Shown here: positions 9,465-20,281 of the stretch, in pieces
Layout: each line of letters starts with the position of its first letter
How positions within the stretch are numbered: the first letter of the stretch is position 1
DNA from: Candidatus Azambacteria bacterium
GTDB lineage: Bacteria; Patescibacteriota; Minisyncoccia; UBA10092
Length of the DNA: 64,000 nucleotides
Assembly: GCA_003455995.1 (NCBI GenBank)
Contig: DMPO01000006.1
Location: forward strand, 38,397 to 102,396
Direction of reading: 5' to 3'
The notes under the pieces: generated by a model
Seen by the model: the letters and a program-made list of their open reading frames with translations, nothing else
Databases searched by the model: none
What the model was told of the DNA's origin: nothing
Made by a program: the position numbers and the translations under genes

Positions 9465-11035
9465 TGATAGAAAAATTAAAAGAACATAAAATAGAAATTT
9501 TGTGTCTAGCCGTTATTTTATTGTTGGCTAGTTTTTTTTATTTTTATAATATCACCCAAAAAGGATTTTTTGACCATGACGAAGCTTGGTTTTCTTTGAC
9601 CGGCAATACTTACGCCGCCGCCCCAAAGATTTTAATAAACCATATTTTACATCCGCAAATAAGCGTTGAAGACCTTATTGCGCAATATATACCCGGCCAT
9701 ATCTTGTTTGGCACCTCTTTCAGACCATTTTTTATTTTTGTGAATGCGCTGGGGATATCAATTTTTGGCTACCATGATTATTCTATCTTTATACTCAATA
9801 GTATTATCGGACTTGTTTCTCTTTTGGTTTTGTATTATCTGGCGAAATCAATAACAAAAAACAACATTCAAGCGCTATTAGCCGCGTTTTTATTGGCGAT
9901 TTCAGGATATCAGATTTTTTTCGCAAGAAGCGGCCTTGCTCAAGTATTGGTTGGTTTTTTGTTAATTTTGGGCGCGATATTTTACGTCAAAACTCTGAAT
10001 GTCCCCGCTGGTTCTGGTCAGGAAAACTATAAAAATCTTTTATGGGCGGGATTTTTTTGGGGCATAATGTCCGTTTCCCACTACAGTATTATTGTAATTT
10101 TATTGTTGATTCTGGTTTTTGAAATTGCATTCACTCGCTTTTATCTTAAGCAAAAAATATCAGTTGCCGTTAAGCGGCTTTTGTGTCTCTTTTTGCCGAT
10201 AGCGCTGATGCTATTAGGGATGCAGGCAATCTCTTTTTTGCGAAATTACGCCCTTGACGAAATAGGGTATCCCGGAAAACCCATGCTTTATTTTGAAGAA
10301 TTTTTTTATCATTTTAATTCAGTAAGTGGCACGGGGTTTAGCTTTAAAAGCGTCGATTTAATTTTTTATGTTAAATTATTGCGCGACCTCAATGGCTGGC
10401 TCTACACACTGTTATTTTTAATCAGCCCGATTATTTTCTTTTATAAGAGATGGTATAAAAATCCTTCGCTGTTTTTTGTTTTTTTTATCGCTTGGGGATT
10501 TTTTTCCAGTTTCAGCATTATTGCGTTTAAAGGTACTAGAAATTTGGCCTTGATAGACGTTCTTATAAGTTTTATTTCGGCTTTGGTTTTGTATGAGTTA
10601 TTTAAATTTTATCAAACCAGATATTATCGGATTTTAATCATAGTTTTCGTTGTGGGTCTCTTAGTCAGCCAGTTGCGGATTGATTGGCAAATCATCAATT
10701 TAAAAAGCGGCTATAAAGAAGTGGCGCGATATATTACGGAAAATAATATACCGACCGAGGATGTTTACGGCGAAAATTGGCCGATACTAGCTTTTTATTT
10801 AAATAAAAAAGTCCAAATTCTTGATAGAAATCCGCGCATAGCATATTACGCATTTGATTGGCTTGTGAAAAGTGAAAAAGAAAAGGAATTTTTTTACGAC
10901 CTTCAGCGCAGGGGAAAAGTTATAGCGACGTTCGATAATCCGCCTGCGAATACATCAGCCGTGCTCGGCGAAAACGTTATTGTGCCTAAAGAAGATTTTA
11001 ACAAGATAAAGATTTATAAAGTGGTGCAATACTAA
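9446..11035 (+). CDS. Multi-pass membrane glycosyltransferase, GT-C fold (ArnT/PMT-like)
   Basis: 529 aa with about 12 TM helices. N-terminal DHDEAWF region and loop organisation resemble GT39/GT83 enzymes. Confidence 0.5.
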   Translation: MEIVKMMIEKLKEHKIEILCLAVILLLASFFYFYNITQKGFFDHDEAWFSLTGNTYAAAPKILINHILHPQISVEDLIAQYIPGHILFGTSFRPFFIFVNALGISIFGYHDYSIFILNSIIGLVSLLVLYYLAKSITKNNIQALLAAFLLAISGYQIFFARSGLAQVLVGFLLILGAIFYVKTLNVPAGSGQENYKNLLWAGFFWGIMSVSHYSIIVILLLILVFEIAFTRFYLKQKISVAVKRLLCLFLPIALMLLGMQAISFLRNYALDEIGYPGKPMLYFEEFFYHFNSVSGTGFSFKSVDLIFYVKLLRDLNGWLYTLLFLISPIIFFYKRWYKNPSLFFVFFIAWGFFSSFSIIAFKGTRNLALIDVLISFISALVLYELFKFYQTRYYRILIIVFVVGLLVSQLRIDWQIINLKSGYKEVARYITENNIPTEDVYGENWPILAFYLNKKVQILDRNPRIAYYAFDWLVKSEKEKEFFYDLQRRGKVIATFDNPPANTSAVLGENVIVPKEDFNKIKIYKVVQY

Positions 11036-11050
11036 ACAAATTCGGCAAAA

Positions 11051-12115
11051 ATGAAAATTCTCGTTATTACTCAAAAATATGACATTAATGATTCCAATCT
11101 TGGCGTTTTTATTGATTGGTGGGACCGATTGGCGGATAAAATGGAAAAAGTCTATATTTTGGCGCTTGAAAAACAATCGGAACCGACATTGTCTAATATG
11201 GAAGTTATAAGCATGGGGAAGGAAAAAGGCGCGGGATTTTTTAGAAAAGTTTGGGGTTTTTATGCCGGATTATTTAAAACTATTGGCAAAACAGATGCGA
11301 TTTTAGTCCATATGATTCCGAAATATGTCATTTTAGCGGCGCCGGTGGCATTTTTTTATAAAAAACCAATATACATGTGGTATACAGGGGTGTCGGTTCA
11401 CTGGCAGTTGCGCCTTGCGGTTATTTTCTGTAAAAAAGTTTTTACCGCCCATGAAGCGGGGATGCGCGTTAATACGAAAAAAAGAATTATTATTGGTCAT
11501 GGAATAGACACGCAGAAATTTTCAATTTCTAATTTTCAATTTTCAAATAATAAAGATGAAATTACGATTTTATCTGTGGGGAGAATCACGCCAACCAAAG
11601 GGCACGATTTTGTTATACGCGCTGTAGCGGATTTAATAAAATCCGGTTACAATCTCAAACTAAAAATAATCGGCGGGATAATCCAAAATTACCACAAAGA
11701 ATATTCGGAATCTTTAAAAACATTGGCCAAGAATTTACAGGCAGAAAAAAGCATAGAATTTTTAGGTCCAGTTTCTTACAAAGATATGCCGAGTTATTTT
11801 CAAAAAGCCGATATTTTGATTAATGCCGTAACTTTCGGCGGGTTGGATAAAGTTGTGCTGGAAGCCATGGCCTCGGGCGTCATTCCGCTGACTTCTAACA
11901 GCGCGTTTCTTACGGTATTCTCGGAAGAGACGGCGCGGGATTTTGTTTTTAAAGCCGGAGACGGGGAGGATTTAAAAATAAAATTAAGGCATATTCTTGA
12001 TGGAAAGATTTACTTTGATCAAAATCTATGCTCTGCTTTAAGAGATATAGTTGTTAAGAATCACAATCTTGATAATTTAATTGAGCGGATAGTAAAGGAG
12101 GTGGCAAATGATTGA
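11051..12115 (+). CDS. GT4 family glycosyltransferase (Glycos_transf_1)
   Basis: C-terminal ILSVGRITPTKGHDF...EAMASGVIPL signature of GT-B retaining transferases. Confidence 0.75.
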   Translation: MKILVITQKYDINDSNLGVFIDWWDRLADKMEKVYILALEKQSEPTLSNMEVISMGKEKGAGFFRKVWGFYAGLFKTIGKTDAILVHMIPKYVILAAPVAFFYKKPIYMWYTGVSVHWQLRLAVIFCKKVFTAHEAGMRVNTKKRIIIGHGIDTQKFSISNFQFSNNKDEITILSVGRITPTKGHDFVIRAVADLIKSGYNLKLKIIGGIIQNYHKEYSESLKTLAKNLQAEKSIEFLGPVSYKDMPSYFQKADILINAVTFGGLDKVVLEAMASGVIPLTSNSAFLTVFSEETARDFVFKAGDGEDLKIKLRHILDGKIYFDQNLCSALRDIVVKNHNLDNLIERIVKEVAND

Positions 12116-12704
12116 TTATTTTTCGCAAAATTACAGCGATAAAAGGCGCTGGATGAGTTATTGGCATCAGATTCGGGAGATTTTAAGTTTCAAGCCCGAA
12201 AATGTTTTGATTATCGGCAAGGGCGATGGTTTAATCGCGGAATACCTGAAACTAAAAAACATTAAAATCATTACCCTTGACATTGATGAAAATATAAAAC
12301 CGGATATTGTCGCTTCGGTTATAAAAATGCCTTTTAATGATAATGAATTTGACGCTGTCTTATGCGCGCAGGTGCTGGAGCATTTGCCTTACGAGGACTT
12401 CGGAAAGGCGACTCTCGAAATAAAAAGAGTGGCAAAAAAAGGCGCGGTTATTTCTCTGCCTCATTTCGGCCCGGCAATCAGGATTTTTTTAAAAATCCCA
12501 TTTTTGCCGGAGTTAAAATTAAGCATAAAATTGCCCTATCCGATAAAGCATCGATTCAAAGGAGAGCATTATTGGGAAATAGGCAAAAGAAATTATCCAT
12601 TGAAATTAATCAAATCGGAAATGATAAAATCGGGCTTTTCCATAAAAAAAGATTATATCGTTTTTGAAAATCCGGCGCACCATTTTTTTATTTTGAAAAA
12701 ATAA
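12108..12704 (+). CDS. Class I SAM-dependent methyltransferase
   Basis: VLIIGKGDGLIAEYL is motif I. AVLCAQVLEHL is motif II-like. Confidence 0.65.
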   Translation: MIDYFSQNYSDKRRWMSYWHQIREILSFKPENVLIIGKGDGLIAEYLKLKNIKIITLDIDENIKPDIVASVIKMPFNDNEFDAVLCAQVLEHLPYEDFGKATLEIKRVAKKGAVISLPHFGPAIRIFLKIPFLPELKLSIKLPYPIKHRFKGEHYWEIGKRNYPLKLIKSEMIKSGFSIKKDYIVFENPAHHFFILKK

Positions 12705-12705
12705 A

Positions 12706-13851
12706 ATGAAAATAATTTACATAAGCAATTCCCGAATTCCCACAGAGAAAGCCAATGGGTTTCAAATTATGAAGATGTGCGAGGCATTTTCCAACGCCGG
12801 CGCCAAAGTGGAACTCTGGATTCCTAAAAGATTCAACCGGATTAAAGAAGATCCGTTTTCCTATTACAATGTTGGGAAGATATTCGATATAAAAAAAATT
12901 TCGGTTATAGATACCATTCCTTTGGAAAAATTTTTTGGATCGATTGCCGGTTTGGCGGAATCGATATCGTTTTCAATTTTTGTTTTGTTTCATATTCTGA
13001 AAAGAGAGCAAAAAAATCTAATTTATTCTCGTGATCAATTTATTTGTTGGTTTTTAAGTTTTTTTAACGAGAAATTTGTATATGAAATTCACAGTTTCCC
13101 AAAAAATTTTAGATTATACAAAAGATTATGGAGGAAAACGCATTGCGTAGTGGCGATAACTCAAGGACTGAAAAGCCTTCTTATTGAACATGGGATAGAT
13201 TCGGGGAAAATACTGGTCGCGTCCGATGGAGTTGATTTGGAATTTTTTAATTCCGTCAATCAACCCAAAGAAGATATCAGAATCGAATTGAATCTTCCGG
13301 CGGGTGATTTTTTAGTGGGGTATGTCGGTAAATTTAAAACATTAGGCATGGAAAAAGGCATAAAAACAATGATTTCGGCCATACCTCTTTTGGGTAAAGA
13401 AATCAAAATAGTTTTTGTCGGCGCCGAAGAATCCGAGATAAAAGAATATAAAAATATGGCCAATCGCCTCAACGCGCTTTCGCAATGTCTGATTATTAAT
13501 AATCAGCCGTATTTAAAAGCCGTAAAATATATGAAAGCCATGGACGCGCTTGTCATACCGTTTCCCAACGCGCCTCATTATGCTTTTTACGCTTCACCGC
13601 TTAAACTTTTTGAATATATGGCGGCGGGGAGGCCGATTATCGCTTCCGACCTGCCCGCTCTAAGGGAGATTTTGAACGACAAAAACGCTCTCTTTTTTAA
13701 GCCGGAAGATGTGGATGATTTGGCGCGCGCCGTTAAAATGCTGAAATTAAGCCAAACTCTTTGTTATCATTTAAGTGGGCAAGCGTTTTCCGATGTCAAA
13801 AATTATACTTGGGGAGCAAGAGCCAAAAAAATTTTAAATTTTCTGCCATGA
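12706..13851 (+). CDS. GT4 family glycosyltransferase
   Basis: GYVGKFKTLGMEKGI...EYMAAGRPIIASDL is typical GT4 architecture. Confidence 0.7.
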   Translation: MKIIYISNSRIPTEKANGFQIMKMCEAFSNAGAKVELWIPKRFNRIKEDPFSYYNVGKIFDIKKISVIDTIPLEKFFGSIAGLAESISFSIFVLFHILKREQKNLIYSRDQFICWFLSFFNEKFVYEIHSFPKNFRLYKRLWRKTHCVVAITQGLKSLLIEHGIDSGKILVASDGVDLEFFNSVNQPKEDIRIELNLPAGDFLVGYVGKFKTLGMEKGIKTMISAIPLLGKEIKIVFVGAEESEIKEYKNMANRLNALSQCLIINNQPYLKAVKYMKAMDALVIPFPNAPHYAFYASPLKLFEYMAAGRPIIASDLPALREILNDKNALFFKPEDVDDLARAVKMLKLSQTLCYHLSGQAFSDVKNYTWGARAKKILNFLP

Positions 13852-14549
13852 AAAATATTATAGTTCTTCCGACATACAATGAAAAAGAGAATGTCGCTCT
13901 CTTGGTGAAAGAAATATTCTTATCGCTTCCCGATATCGATATAATGGTGGTCGATGACAATTCGCCCGATGGCACCGCGGCAGAAGTTGAGAACTTGATG
14001 ATTCAATATGCCAATCTTTCTATTTTGAAACGGCCGATAAAAGACGGTTTGGGCAGAGCATATATTGACGGCTTTAAAAAATTGCTTGTTCGTGAAGATA
14101 TAGAAAATGTTATTACAATGGACTCGGATTTTTCTCATAATCCTAAATATTTACCCCAAATGCTTGAAGAAGCAAAAAGTCATGATTTGGTTGTTGGCTC
14201 CAGGTATATTAAAGGCGGGGGGATAACCAATTGGGAATTATGGCGCCGGTTTTTAAGCAAAGGAGGCAATTTTTATGTTGGAATGCTGCTCGGGAAAAAA
14301 ATCAACGACTGGTCATCGGGTTTTAATTGTATAAGAATTTCCGCTTTAAGAAAAATTAATCTGGATGGAATTGAATTTTACGGATACGCTTTTCTTAGCT
14401 GTCTCAAGTATTTTTTAGTAAAAGCGGGTGCACAAGCCAAGGAAATCCCGATAATTTTTGAAGAAAGAAGAAAAGGCAAGTCGAAAATGTCGGGAAGTAT
14501 AATCCGTGAAGGACTTATAGCGCCATGGAAAATATTATTTACAAAATAA
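13848..14549 (+). CDS. GT2 polyprenyl-phosphate sugar synthase (DPM synthase-like)
   Basis: MKNIIVLPTYNEKENV..DIMVVDDNSPDGT..DSDFSHNP motifs. Start set to the ATG at 13848, which overlaps the upstream stop as ATGA. The ORF-track start at 13761 lies inside the upstream gene. Confidence 0.75.
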   Translation: MKNIIVLPTYNEKENVALLVKEIFLSLPDIDIMVVDDNSPDGTAAEVENLMIQYANLSILKRPIKDGLGRAYIDGFKKLLVREDIENVITMDSDFSHNPKYLPQMLEEAKSHDLVVGSRYIKGGGITNWELWRRFLSKGGNFYVGMLLGKKINDWSSGFNCIRISALRKINLDGIEFYGYAFLSCLKYFLVKAGAQAKEIPIIFEERRKGKSKMSGSIIREGLIAPWKILFTK

Positions 14550-16213
14550 AACATCATTGGGTGGCAATCAGCGTTGCGATTATTCTTGGCGTCACGATGA
14601 TTGCCCCAATTTTTTATTTTCAAGCAAAACTCAACGAAAATTTTAGAGGAATCCCACCGAAAGTTGTAAATGATGTAGATTTTTATTACGCGCGCATCAA
14701 AGATGTTGTCGATGGGCATTCATTTTTAAGCAATGCTTATTTATTTGAACATAAAAACGGCCTGCCCCAACAAGTATTTTTCGCGGAATGGCTTTTAGCT
14801 CAACCGATAAAAATATTTAATCTGAATATCAACATCGTCCATCTTATCTATAATTTTTTATTGCCGGCGGTTGCTTTCATTCTAACTTATTTAGCGCTGT
14901 TTCTGATTTCAAAATCGCGATTTTGGTCAACAAGTTTATCCGTTTTTTTGTTTTTCGGACTATATTTATTATCTTTTATCCGGCCGGTAAGCCCGCAATT
15001 TAATTTTATTTTTTGGTTGACGCAGTTTATATTTCTTTGGCTGCTCATAATGGAGCAGAAAAAAAGGTGGGTTTGGTTCTCGGCGATTAATTTTGGTCTG
15101 CTTTTTTACATTTATCCTTACTATTGGACTTTTTATCTGATTTTTTTCGGTATTTTAACGGCTGTTTATTTTTGGAAAAACAAGGAACTTGCTCTCAGGA
15201 TTGCCATCATTGCCGCTGGCGGGCTTATCTTGGCTATCCCGTATTTTTATTTTAATTACTTATCGGCGCGATTGCCTTATTATACCGAAACATTGACGCG
15301 CCTGGGAATGATTTATTCCCATTTCCCGTCAGGATTCAGGATAATATTTTGGAGCGCGTTAGGTTTTGTGGTTTTTGGCTGGTTTTTATGGCGCAAAATT
15401 ATTACTTGGGACGCTAAAACACAATTTTTTATTTCAGGCATTATGGCGAGTATTATCGCAGTAAATCAGCATATTATAACCGGAAAAAATTTTGAATTTT
15501 CCAGCCATTATGATATGTCGGCCATGTTTTTTTTGATATTTGTCGCAGCTTATTTGATAAGCCAGTATAGTGCCAATTTAAAAATAATCTTAGGTATTGT
15601 CGTTTTTGTTTTTTCTATTTTAGGCATTAAAAATTATTCTGAGAGAGTTTTTGTCATTGATAAAAATGTCGTTTACCGGCAAAATTATGTGCCAATTTTT
15701 GATTGGCTTAGTAAAAACACCGAAAAAGACTCCGTAGTATACGCTAATATTGATATATCGGGACTAATTTCGGTTTATACTGCCAATAATATTTTTTATG
15801 TGCGTGAGGCTAATCTCTTTTTTATCTCCGACGCGGAAGTTTTGGACAGGTTTATTCTGAATAGTTTTTTCGAAAAATTTAATGAGGATTTCATCATTAA
15901 TAATGACAGGTCAATTTACGGCGTCAGATATATCGATGCGTTTGGGCATACGGTTCAAGCCAATAAATTACTCCGCCTTTTGGGCTTAAAATTAAAACCG
16001 GAAGTATATTTGCCGGAAGAAGCGATTGAAAAAGTTATAACGCGAGCCAAAGAGCTTCAAAAAAACGATTTCATAGATGAATTGAAAAAATTCCGTGTTG
16101 ATTACTTGATTTGGGATAAAAACAAAAATCCAAATTGGAAAATCAATGCTAAAAATTTTAAGCCCGTTTTTAAAAGCGACAATCTGATTATTTTTAAATT
16201 TTTAAGTTCATGA
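14525..16213 (+). CDS. Large polytopic membrane protein, putative GT-C-type transferase
   Basis: 562 aa with many TM helices. Directly follows a GT2 lipid-sugar synthase gene. No specific motif recognised. Confidence 0.45.
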   Translation: MENIIYKIKHHWVAISVAIILGVTMIAPIFYFQAKLNENFRGIPPKVVNDVDFYYARIKDVVDGHSFLSNAYLFEHKNGLPQQVFFAEWLLAQPIKIFNLNINIVHLIYNFLLPAVAFILTYLALFLISKSRFWSTSLSVFLFFGLYLLSFIRPVSPQFNFIFWLTQFIFLWLLIMEQKKRWVWFSAINFGLLFYIYPYYWTFYLIFFGILTAVYFWKNKELALRIAIIAAGGLILAIPYFYFNYLSARLPYYTETLTRLGMIYSHFPSGFRIIFWSALGFVVFGWFLWRKIITWDAKTQFFISGIMASIIAVNQHIITGKNFEFSSHYDMSAMFFLIFVAAYLISQYSANLKIILGIVVFVFSILGIKNYSERVFVIDKNVVYRQNYVPIFDWLSKNTEKDSVVYANIDISGLISVYTANNIFYVREANLFFISDAEVLDRFILNSFFEKFNEDFIINNDRSIYGVRYIDAFGHTVQANKLLRLLGLKLKPEVYLPEEAIEKVITRAKELQKNDFIDELKKFRVDYLIWDKNKNPNWKINAKNFKPVFKSDNLIIFKFLSS

Positions 16214-17580
16214 ATAAAAATAAACGGATTATTTTAATTTTTTTTATCGCCGTTTTGTCGGGGATTTTTTGGAATCAAAAAATGTTCGGTCAGTCGATTA
16301 GTTCCGATCAGCTAGGCTACGACGGTATTGCCATGGATATATTGAACAATGGGCAATTTACTGATTATGGGCAGCAAACATTCAGAGAACCTGGTTATTC
16401 TTTGTTTTTAGCTTTAATTTACAAAATTTTTGGTCACAATTATGATGCCGTCAGATTTATCCAGATTATTCTTTTTGGATTATTAGCCGTTATTATTTAT
16501 CTTCTGGCCAAAGATGTCTTTGGCCAGAAGATTGCGATTTTTTCAAGTTTAGGCACAGCGCTTTTTTACGGCCTTGCCAATCAGGCCGGTTTAATTATGA
16601 CCGAACTTTTATTCGCATTTCTAATTTGTCTTTTCATATTTTTCGCTTATAAGACATCCGCGGAGAACGGCAATAAATGGCTGATGTTTTCCGCGCTGGT
16701 TTTAGGGGTCGCGACTCTGGTTCGGGGCGTGGCCGAGTTTTTCTTCTTTTTTGCGATAGTTAATTTTTTCATCATTTTTAGAAGAAAAATTTCATATAAA
16801 AAGATTTTTGCCAAAATTATAATTTTCACGGTTTGTTTTTTTGTCGTTTTAACGCCATGGCTCGTCAAAAATAAATTTCGGAACGGCATTTCCGTTTCGC
16901 CGCTGATCGGCCATTTTCTGCTGCTGCAGACCGAACGAATGAAGGCGCTATACCCCCGCTACGCCGGCCATTTTGCGGGGTATTTACTAGGTTATTATAC
17001 CGCGGAACAATTGGGAATTTACGGTGGCTCGATCGACGATAAATATATTTCCCATTTTGAAGAGCCGATTCAGTTAAGAACTGAAGAATTTATTGCCGCC
17101 GGTTATGATTATGAAGATATCAGTAATATTTTTACCAAAGAAGCTTTGCCTAAAATCGCCAGGCATCCGATACAATTTTTATCCGTGTCGGTATTGAATT
17201 TCGTCAATTTTAATAGTCCGATTTTAATGCGCGGTCCGCTGTGGCAGAACGCGGCCGATCTTTATCCCCAATTCGCCGACGGCCGCCATCCGGAGATCCC
17301 CAGTTATCTTAAATTGATCATTGTTTTAACTCCGCGCCTGTTGTGGTTTTTATTATTCTTTTTCGTGATAAAGGCGGTAATAAAAAACATTTGCAATTGG
17401 AATAAAATTAGCTGGATCATTTTGATAATAGCTTATTTCAATATTATGTACGGCGTTTCTTCCGGCCTTAATCGTTACGCCTTGCCGATTTATCCTTTTT
17501 ATGTTATTCTGGCGGTTATTGGAATTTCAATCTTGTGGCAAAAAATCAAAGAAAAAAAATCGCTTTTATCACGGGAATAA
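16210..17580 (+). CDS. Membrane glycosyltransferase, GT-C fold (ArnT/GT83 or GT39-like)
   Basis: The segment [36 protein letters not shown] is characteristic of ArnT/PMT_2 family N-termini. Confidence 0.6.
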   Translation: MNKNKRIILIFFIAVLSGIFWNQKMFGQSISSDQLGYDGIAMDILNNGQFTDYGQQTFREPGYSLFLALIYKIFGHNYDAVRFIQIILFGLLAVIIYLLAKDVFGQKIAIFSSLGTALFYGLANQAGLIMTELLFAFLICLFIFFAYKTSAENGNKWLMFSALVLGVATLVRGVAEFFFFFAIVNFFIIFRRKISYKKIFAKIIIFTVCFFVVLTPWLVKNKFRNGISVSPLIGHFLLLQTERMKALYPRYAGHFAGYLLGYYTAEQLGIYGGSIDDKYISHFEEPIQLRTEEFIAAGYDYEDISNIFTKEALPKIARHPIQFLSVSVLNFVNFNSPILMRGPLWQNAADLYPQFADGRHPEIPSYLKLIIVLTPRLLWFLLFFFVIKAVIKNICNWNKISWIILIIAYFNIMYGVSSGLNRYALPIYPFYVILAVIGISILWQKIKEKKSLLSRE

Positions 17581-18518
17581 CCGGCCAAGACGGCTCGTAT
17601 TTAGCTGAACTTTTGTTGAAAAAAAAATATGAAGTTCACGGTTTAATCCGCCGTTCCAGCGTTTTTAACGCACAGAGAATAAATCATCTTGAATTATTCC
17701 TGCACTACGGCGATCTGGCGGATTCAGGTTCCTTGGAGGCCGTTTTATCCAAAGTTAAGCCGGATGAAATTTATAATTTAGCCGCTCAATCTCATGTTCA
17801 AATCAGTTTTGAAATTCCCGAGTATACCGCCGATGTTACGGGACTTGGGGTTTTGAGATTGCTTGAAGCGATGCGGAGGCACTGTCCAAGAGCCAAATTT
17901 TATCAAGCGTCATCGTCGGAAATGTTTGGCGCCGTTAAAGAAACGCCGCAAAATGAAAACACGCCTTTTAACGCCCAAAGCCCGTATGGCATTGCCAAGG
18001 TTTTCGCCCATGAGTCGGTTGGCTGCTACCGCGACGCCTACGGTTTGTTTGCCTGCTGCGGGGTTTCATTTAACCACGAAAGTCCGCGGCGTGGAGAGAA
18101 TTTTGTGACGCGAAAAATCACTAAAAGCATCGCCGGAATAAAAGCTGGGATTCAAGATGAAATTTTTTTGGGGAACTTGGATGCCAAACGCGACTGGGGT
18201 TTCGCGCCCGAATTCGCGGAAGCGATGTGGCTGATGCTCCAGCAGGAAAAACCGGATGATTTTGTTATCGCTACCGGCGAAGTCCATACAGTCAGAGAGT
18301 TTGTTAAAGCCGCTTTTAACTGCGCCGGAATCAAGAATTGGAAAAAATATATTGAAATAGATCCGCGGTTTTATCGTCCGAACGAAGTTAATGTCTTACA
18401 GGGGGACGCCTCAAAAGCCAGAAAAATTTTGGGCTGGAAGCCGCGAGTTACTTTTAAAGAATTGGTCGAAATAATGATGAAGGAAGAATTAAAAAATGAA
18501 AATCTGTTATCTGGTTGA
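17535..18518 (+). CDS. gmd: GDP-mannose 4,6-dehydratase
   Basis: [20 protein letters not shown] and the downstream SDR motifs are diagnostic of GMD. It overlaps the upstream gene by 46 nt across an A-rich tract. Confidence 0.85.
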   Translation: MAKNQRKKIAFITGITGQDGSYLAELLLKKKYEVHGLIRRSSVFNAQRINHLELFLHYGDLADSGSLEAVLSKVKPDEIYNLAAQSHVQISFEIPEYTADVTGLGVLRLLEAMRRHCPRAKFYQASSSEMFGAVKETPQNENTPFNAQSPYGIAKVFAHESVGCYRDAYGLFACCGVSFNHESPRRGENFVTRKITKSIAGIKAGIQDEIFLGNLDAKRDWGFAPEFAEAMWLMLQQEKPDDFVIATGEVHTVREFVKAAFNCAGIKNWKKYIEIDPRFYRPNEVNVLQGDASKARKILGWKPRVTFKELVEIMMKEELKNENLLSG

Positions 18519-19515
18519 TAACATGGAGCCCAAGCATGGCGGGGGAAGATATGCCGGCGATTTGATCGCCGCAGTTAAAGAAAGGGGTTATGATGCCGGC
18601 ATTTTAGAGGTAAATTCAATTTTAGACGCCGTTAAAGTCAGAAAATATTGCAAGAATTGCGATATTATCCACGCTATAGACGGCTATCCCTATGGAGTTG
18701 TCGCCGCGCTGGCCAATTTCGGATTGAACAAAAAAATTGTCATTACGGTCCAAGGCACTTACGCGGTGGCGCCGCTATACAGGTTCGGCAAAGCGGCGTT
18801 TGTCAAATGGGCGTATAGAAAAGCCGATAAGATTATTGCCATAAGCCGATATACCAAAAGAGAAATTTTAAAAAAAATTAATATCCAAAATATTGAAGTT
18901 ATTAACCACGGAGTTTATTTTAATGAATTTTATAAAGAGCCCATGGAATCGGAAGAAAAATTTATTTTAAGCGTCGGAGGTTTGAAGTATCGCAAGGGGT
19001 ATCATATTTCCATTCCGGCTTTTGCGCTGGCCAAAAAAGAAATTCCGGATTTAAAATATAAAATAATCAGCGGCTACAAAGACGAAGCGTATTTTGATGA
19101 ATTAAAAAAAATAGCGATGCGATGCGGAGTTGAGAAGGATATTGAATTTTTAAGCGGTTTAAGCGACGAATCGAGGAATAATTTATATAGGAAGGCAAAA
19201 CTTTTTATTTTAACCTCGGTAAACGAAAATCATCATTTTGAAGGGTTCGGCCTGGTATTTCTGGAAGCGGCCGCGGCGGGATTGCCGGTTATTGGGACGC
19301 TTGAAAACGGCATTGAAGACGCCGTAAAAAATAATTTTAACGGCACTTTAGTTTCTCAAAACGATATTAAAGCGACGGCCGAGGCGCTGTTAAAGATATT
19401 AAAAGATGAACAATGGCGCAAAGAATTGTCGCTTAATTCATTTTCCTGGGCGAAAGACAACGATTGGAGCCGAGTATGGCCCAAATATATCGAAATATAT
19501 CGAAATTTCGCCTAA
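18496..19515 (+). CDS. GT4 family glycosyltransferase
   Basis: [13 protein letters not shown]...[20 protein letters not shown] signature. Confidence 0.7.
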   Translation: MKICYLVDNMEPKHGGGRYAGDLIAAVKERGYDAGILEVNSILDAVKVRKYCKNCDIIHAIDGYPYGVVAALANFGLNKKIVITVQGTYAVAPLYRFGKAAFVKWAYRKADKIIAISRYTKREILKKINIQNIEVINHGVYFNEFYKEPMESEEKFILSVGGLKYRKGYHISIPAFALAKKEIPDLKYKIISGYKDEAYFDELKKIAMRCGVEKDIEFLSGLSDESRNNLYRKAKLFILTSVNENHHFEGFGLVFLEAAAAGLPVIGTLENGIEDAVKNNFNGTLVSQNDIKATAEALLKILKDEQWRKELSLNSFSWAKDNDWSRVWPKYIEIYRNFA

Positions 19516-19519
19516 TTTT

Positions 19520-20185
19520 ATGTCAAAAAATTTTGCAAAATATTTTCAAAAAATAAAATGGGATGTATTGGCAAGAATTAAACCCAATTATTTTATTTAC
19601 TCCGATATAAAAAACAACGACGAAAGCAAATATATAAACAGCGGGCGAGAAGATGTCCAGAGGTTGATAATCAATGACGATATCTTGAAATCAAAAATTA
19701 ATTTCAGCAACTCTTCCATATTGGAAATAGGATGCGGCAACGGCAGAATGTCTCAATTTCTCAGCGAAAATTTTAAAAAAGTATATGCGGTTGACATTTC
19801 TCCCCGCATGATTGGTTTGGCGCGGCAGAGATTAGAAAGTTTTGAAAATATAGAATTTTTAACCACCAATGGCAGCAAGCTGCCCATCCAAAACAACGCC
19901 GTTGATTTTGTTTTTTCGTATATTGTTTTTCAGCACTTTCCGAATCTTTGGATGGTTGAAAGAAACCTTAGAGAAATAAAAAGAGTTTTAAAAGACGATG
20001 GGATAGCCAAAATACAATTTCGCGGAAAAATTTCCTCGGGAGGAATATTTAGAATGTTCAAATGGTATTATGGCGTATTTTTTTCCGAAAAAGAACTAAA
20101 CAATATCTTAGTGAGAAATGAGTTGAGGCCGTTAAAAATTTACAAGGGAAACGAAAAAGAATTGTGGGCGATATTCGGGAAATAG
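19520..20185 (+). CDS. Class I SAM-dependent methyltransferase
   Basis: ILEIGCGNGRMSQFL is motif I. Start moved to the ATG at 19520, just after the upstream stop. Confidence 0.65.
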   Translation: MSKNFAKYFQKIKWDVLARIKPNYFIYSDIKNNDESKYINSGREDVQRLIINDDILKSKINFSNSSILEIGCGNGRMSQFLSENFKKVYAVDISPRMIGLARQRLESFENIEFLTTNGSKLPIQNNAVDFVFSYIVFQHFPNLWMVERNLREIKRVLKDDGIAKIQFRGKISSGGIFRMFKWYYGVFFSEKELNNILVRNELRPLKIYKGNEKELWAIFGK

Positions 20186-20207
20186 AAACTGCCCGTTTTG
20201 AAAAGTA

Positions 20208-20281
20208 TTGACTATCATCATGGATTGTTATAGCATGATCGAAATCTAAAAAGTTGTTTAACATTTTTTAAAGGAGGGGAG
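20208..20281 (+). promoter_or_regulatory. Candidate promoter (TTGACT, -10-like element) plus strong Shine-Dalgarno (AAAGGAGGGG) ahead of the cytidylyltransferase gene
   Basis: This is the only sizable intergenic gap in the upstream plus-strand gene string. TTGACT at about 20208 is followed by a degenerate -10. GGAGGGGAG lies 6 nt before the ATG at 20282. Confidence 0.35.

Noticed and set aside
12362-12667. 101-aa alternative-frame ORF inside the methyltransferase gene at 12108-12704
   Set aside because: Same strand but a different frame from a gene with clear SAM-binding motifs. Arg/Lys-rich, low-complexity translation.
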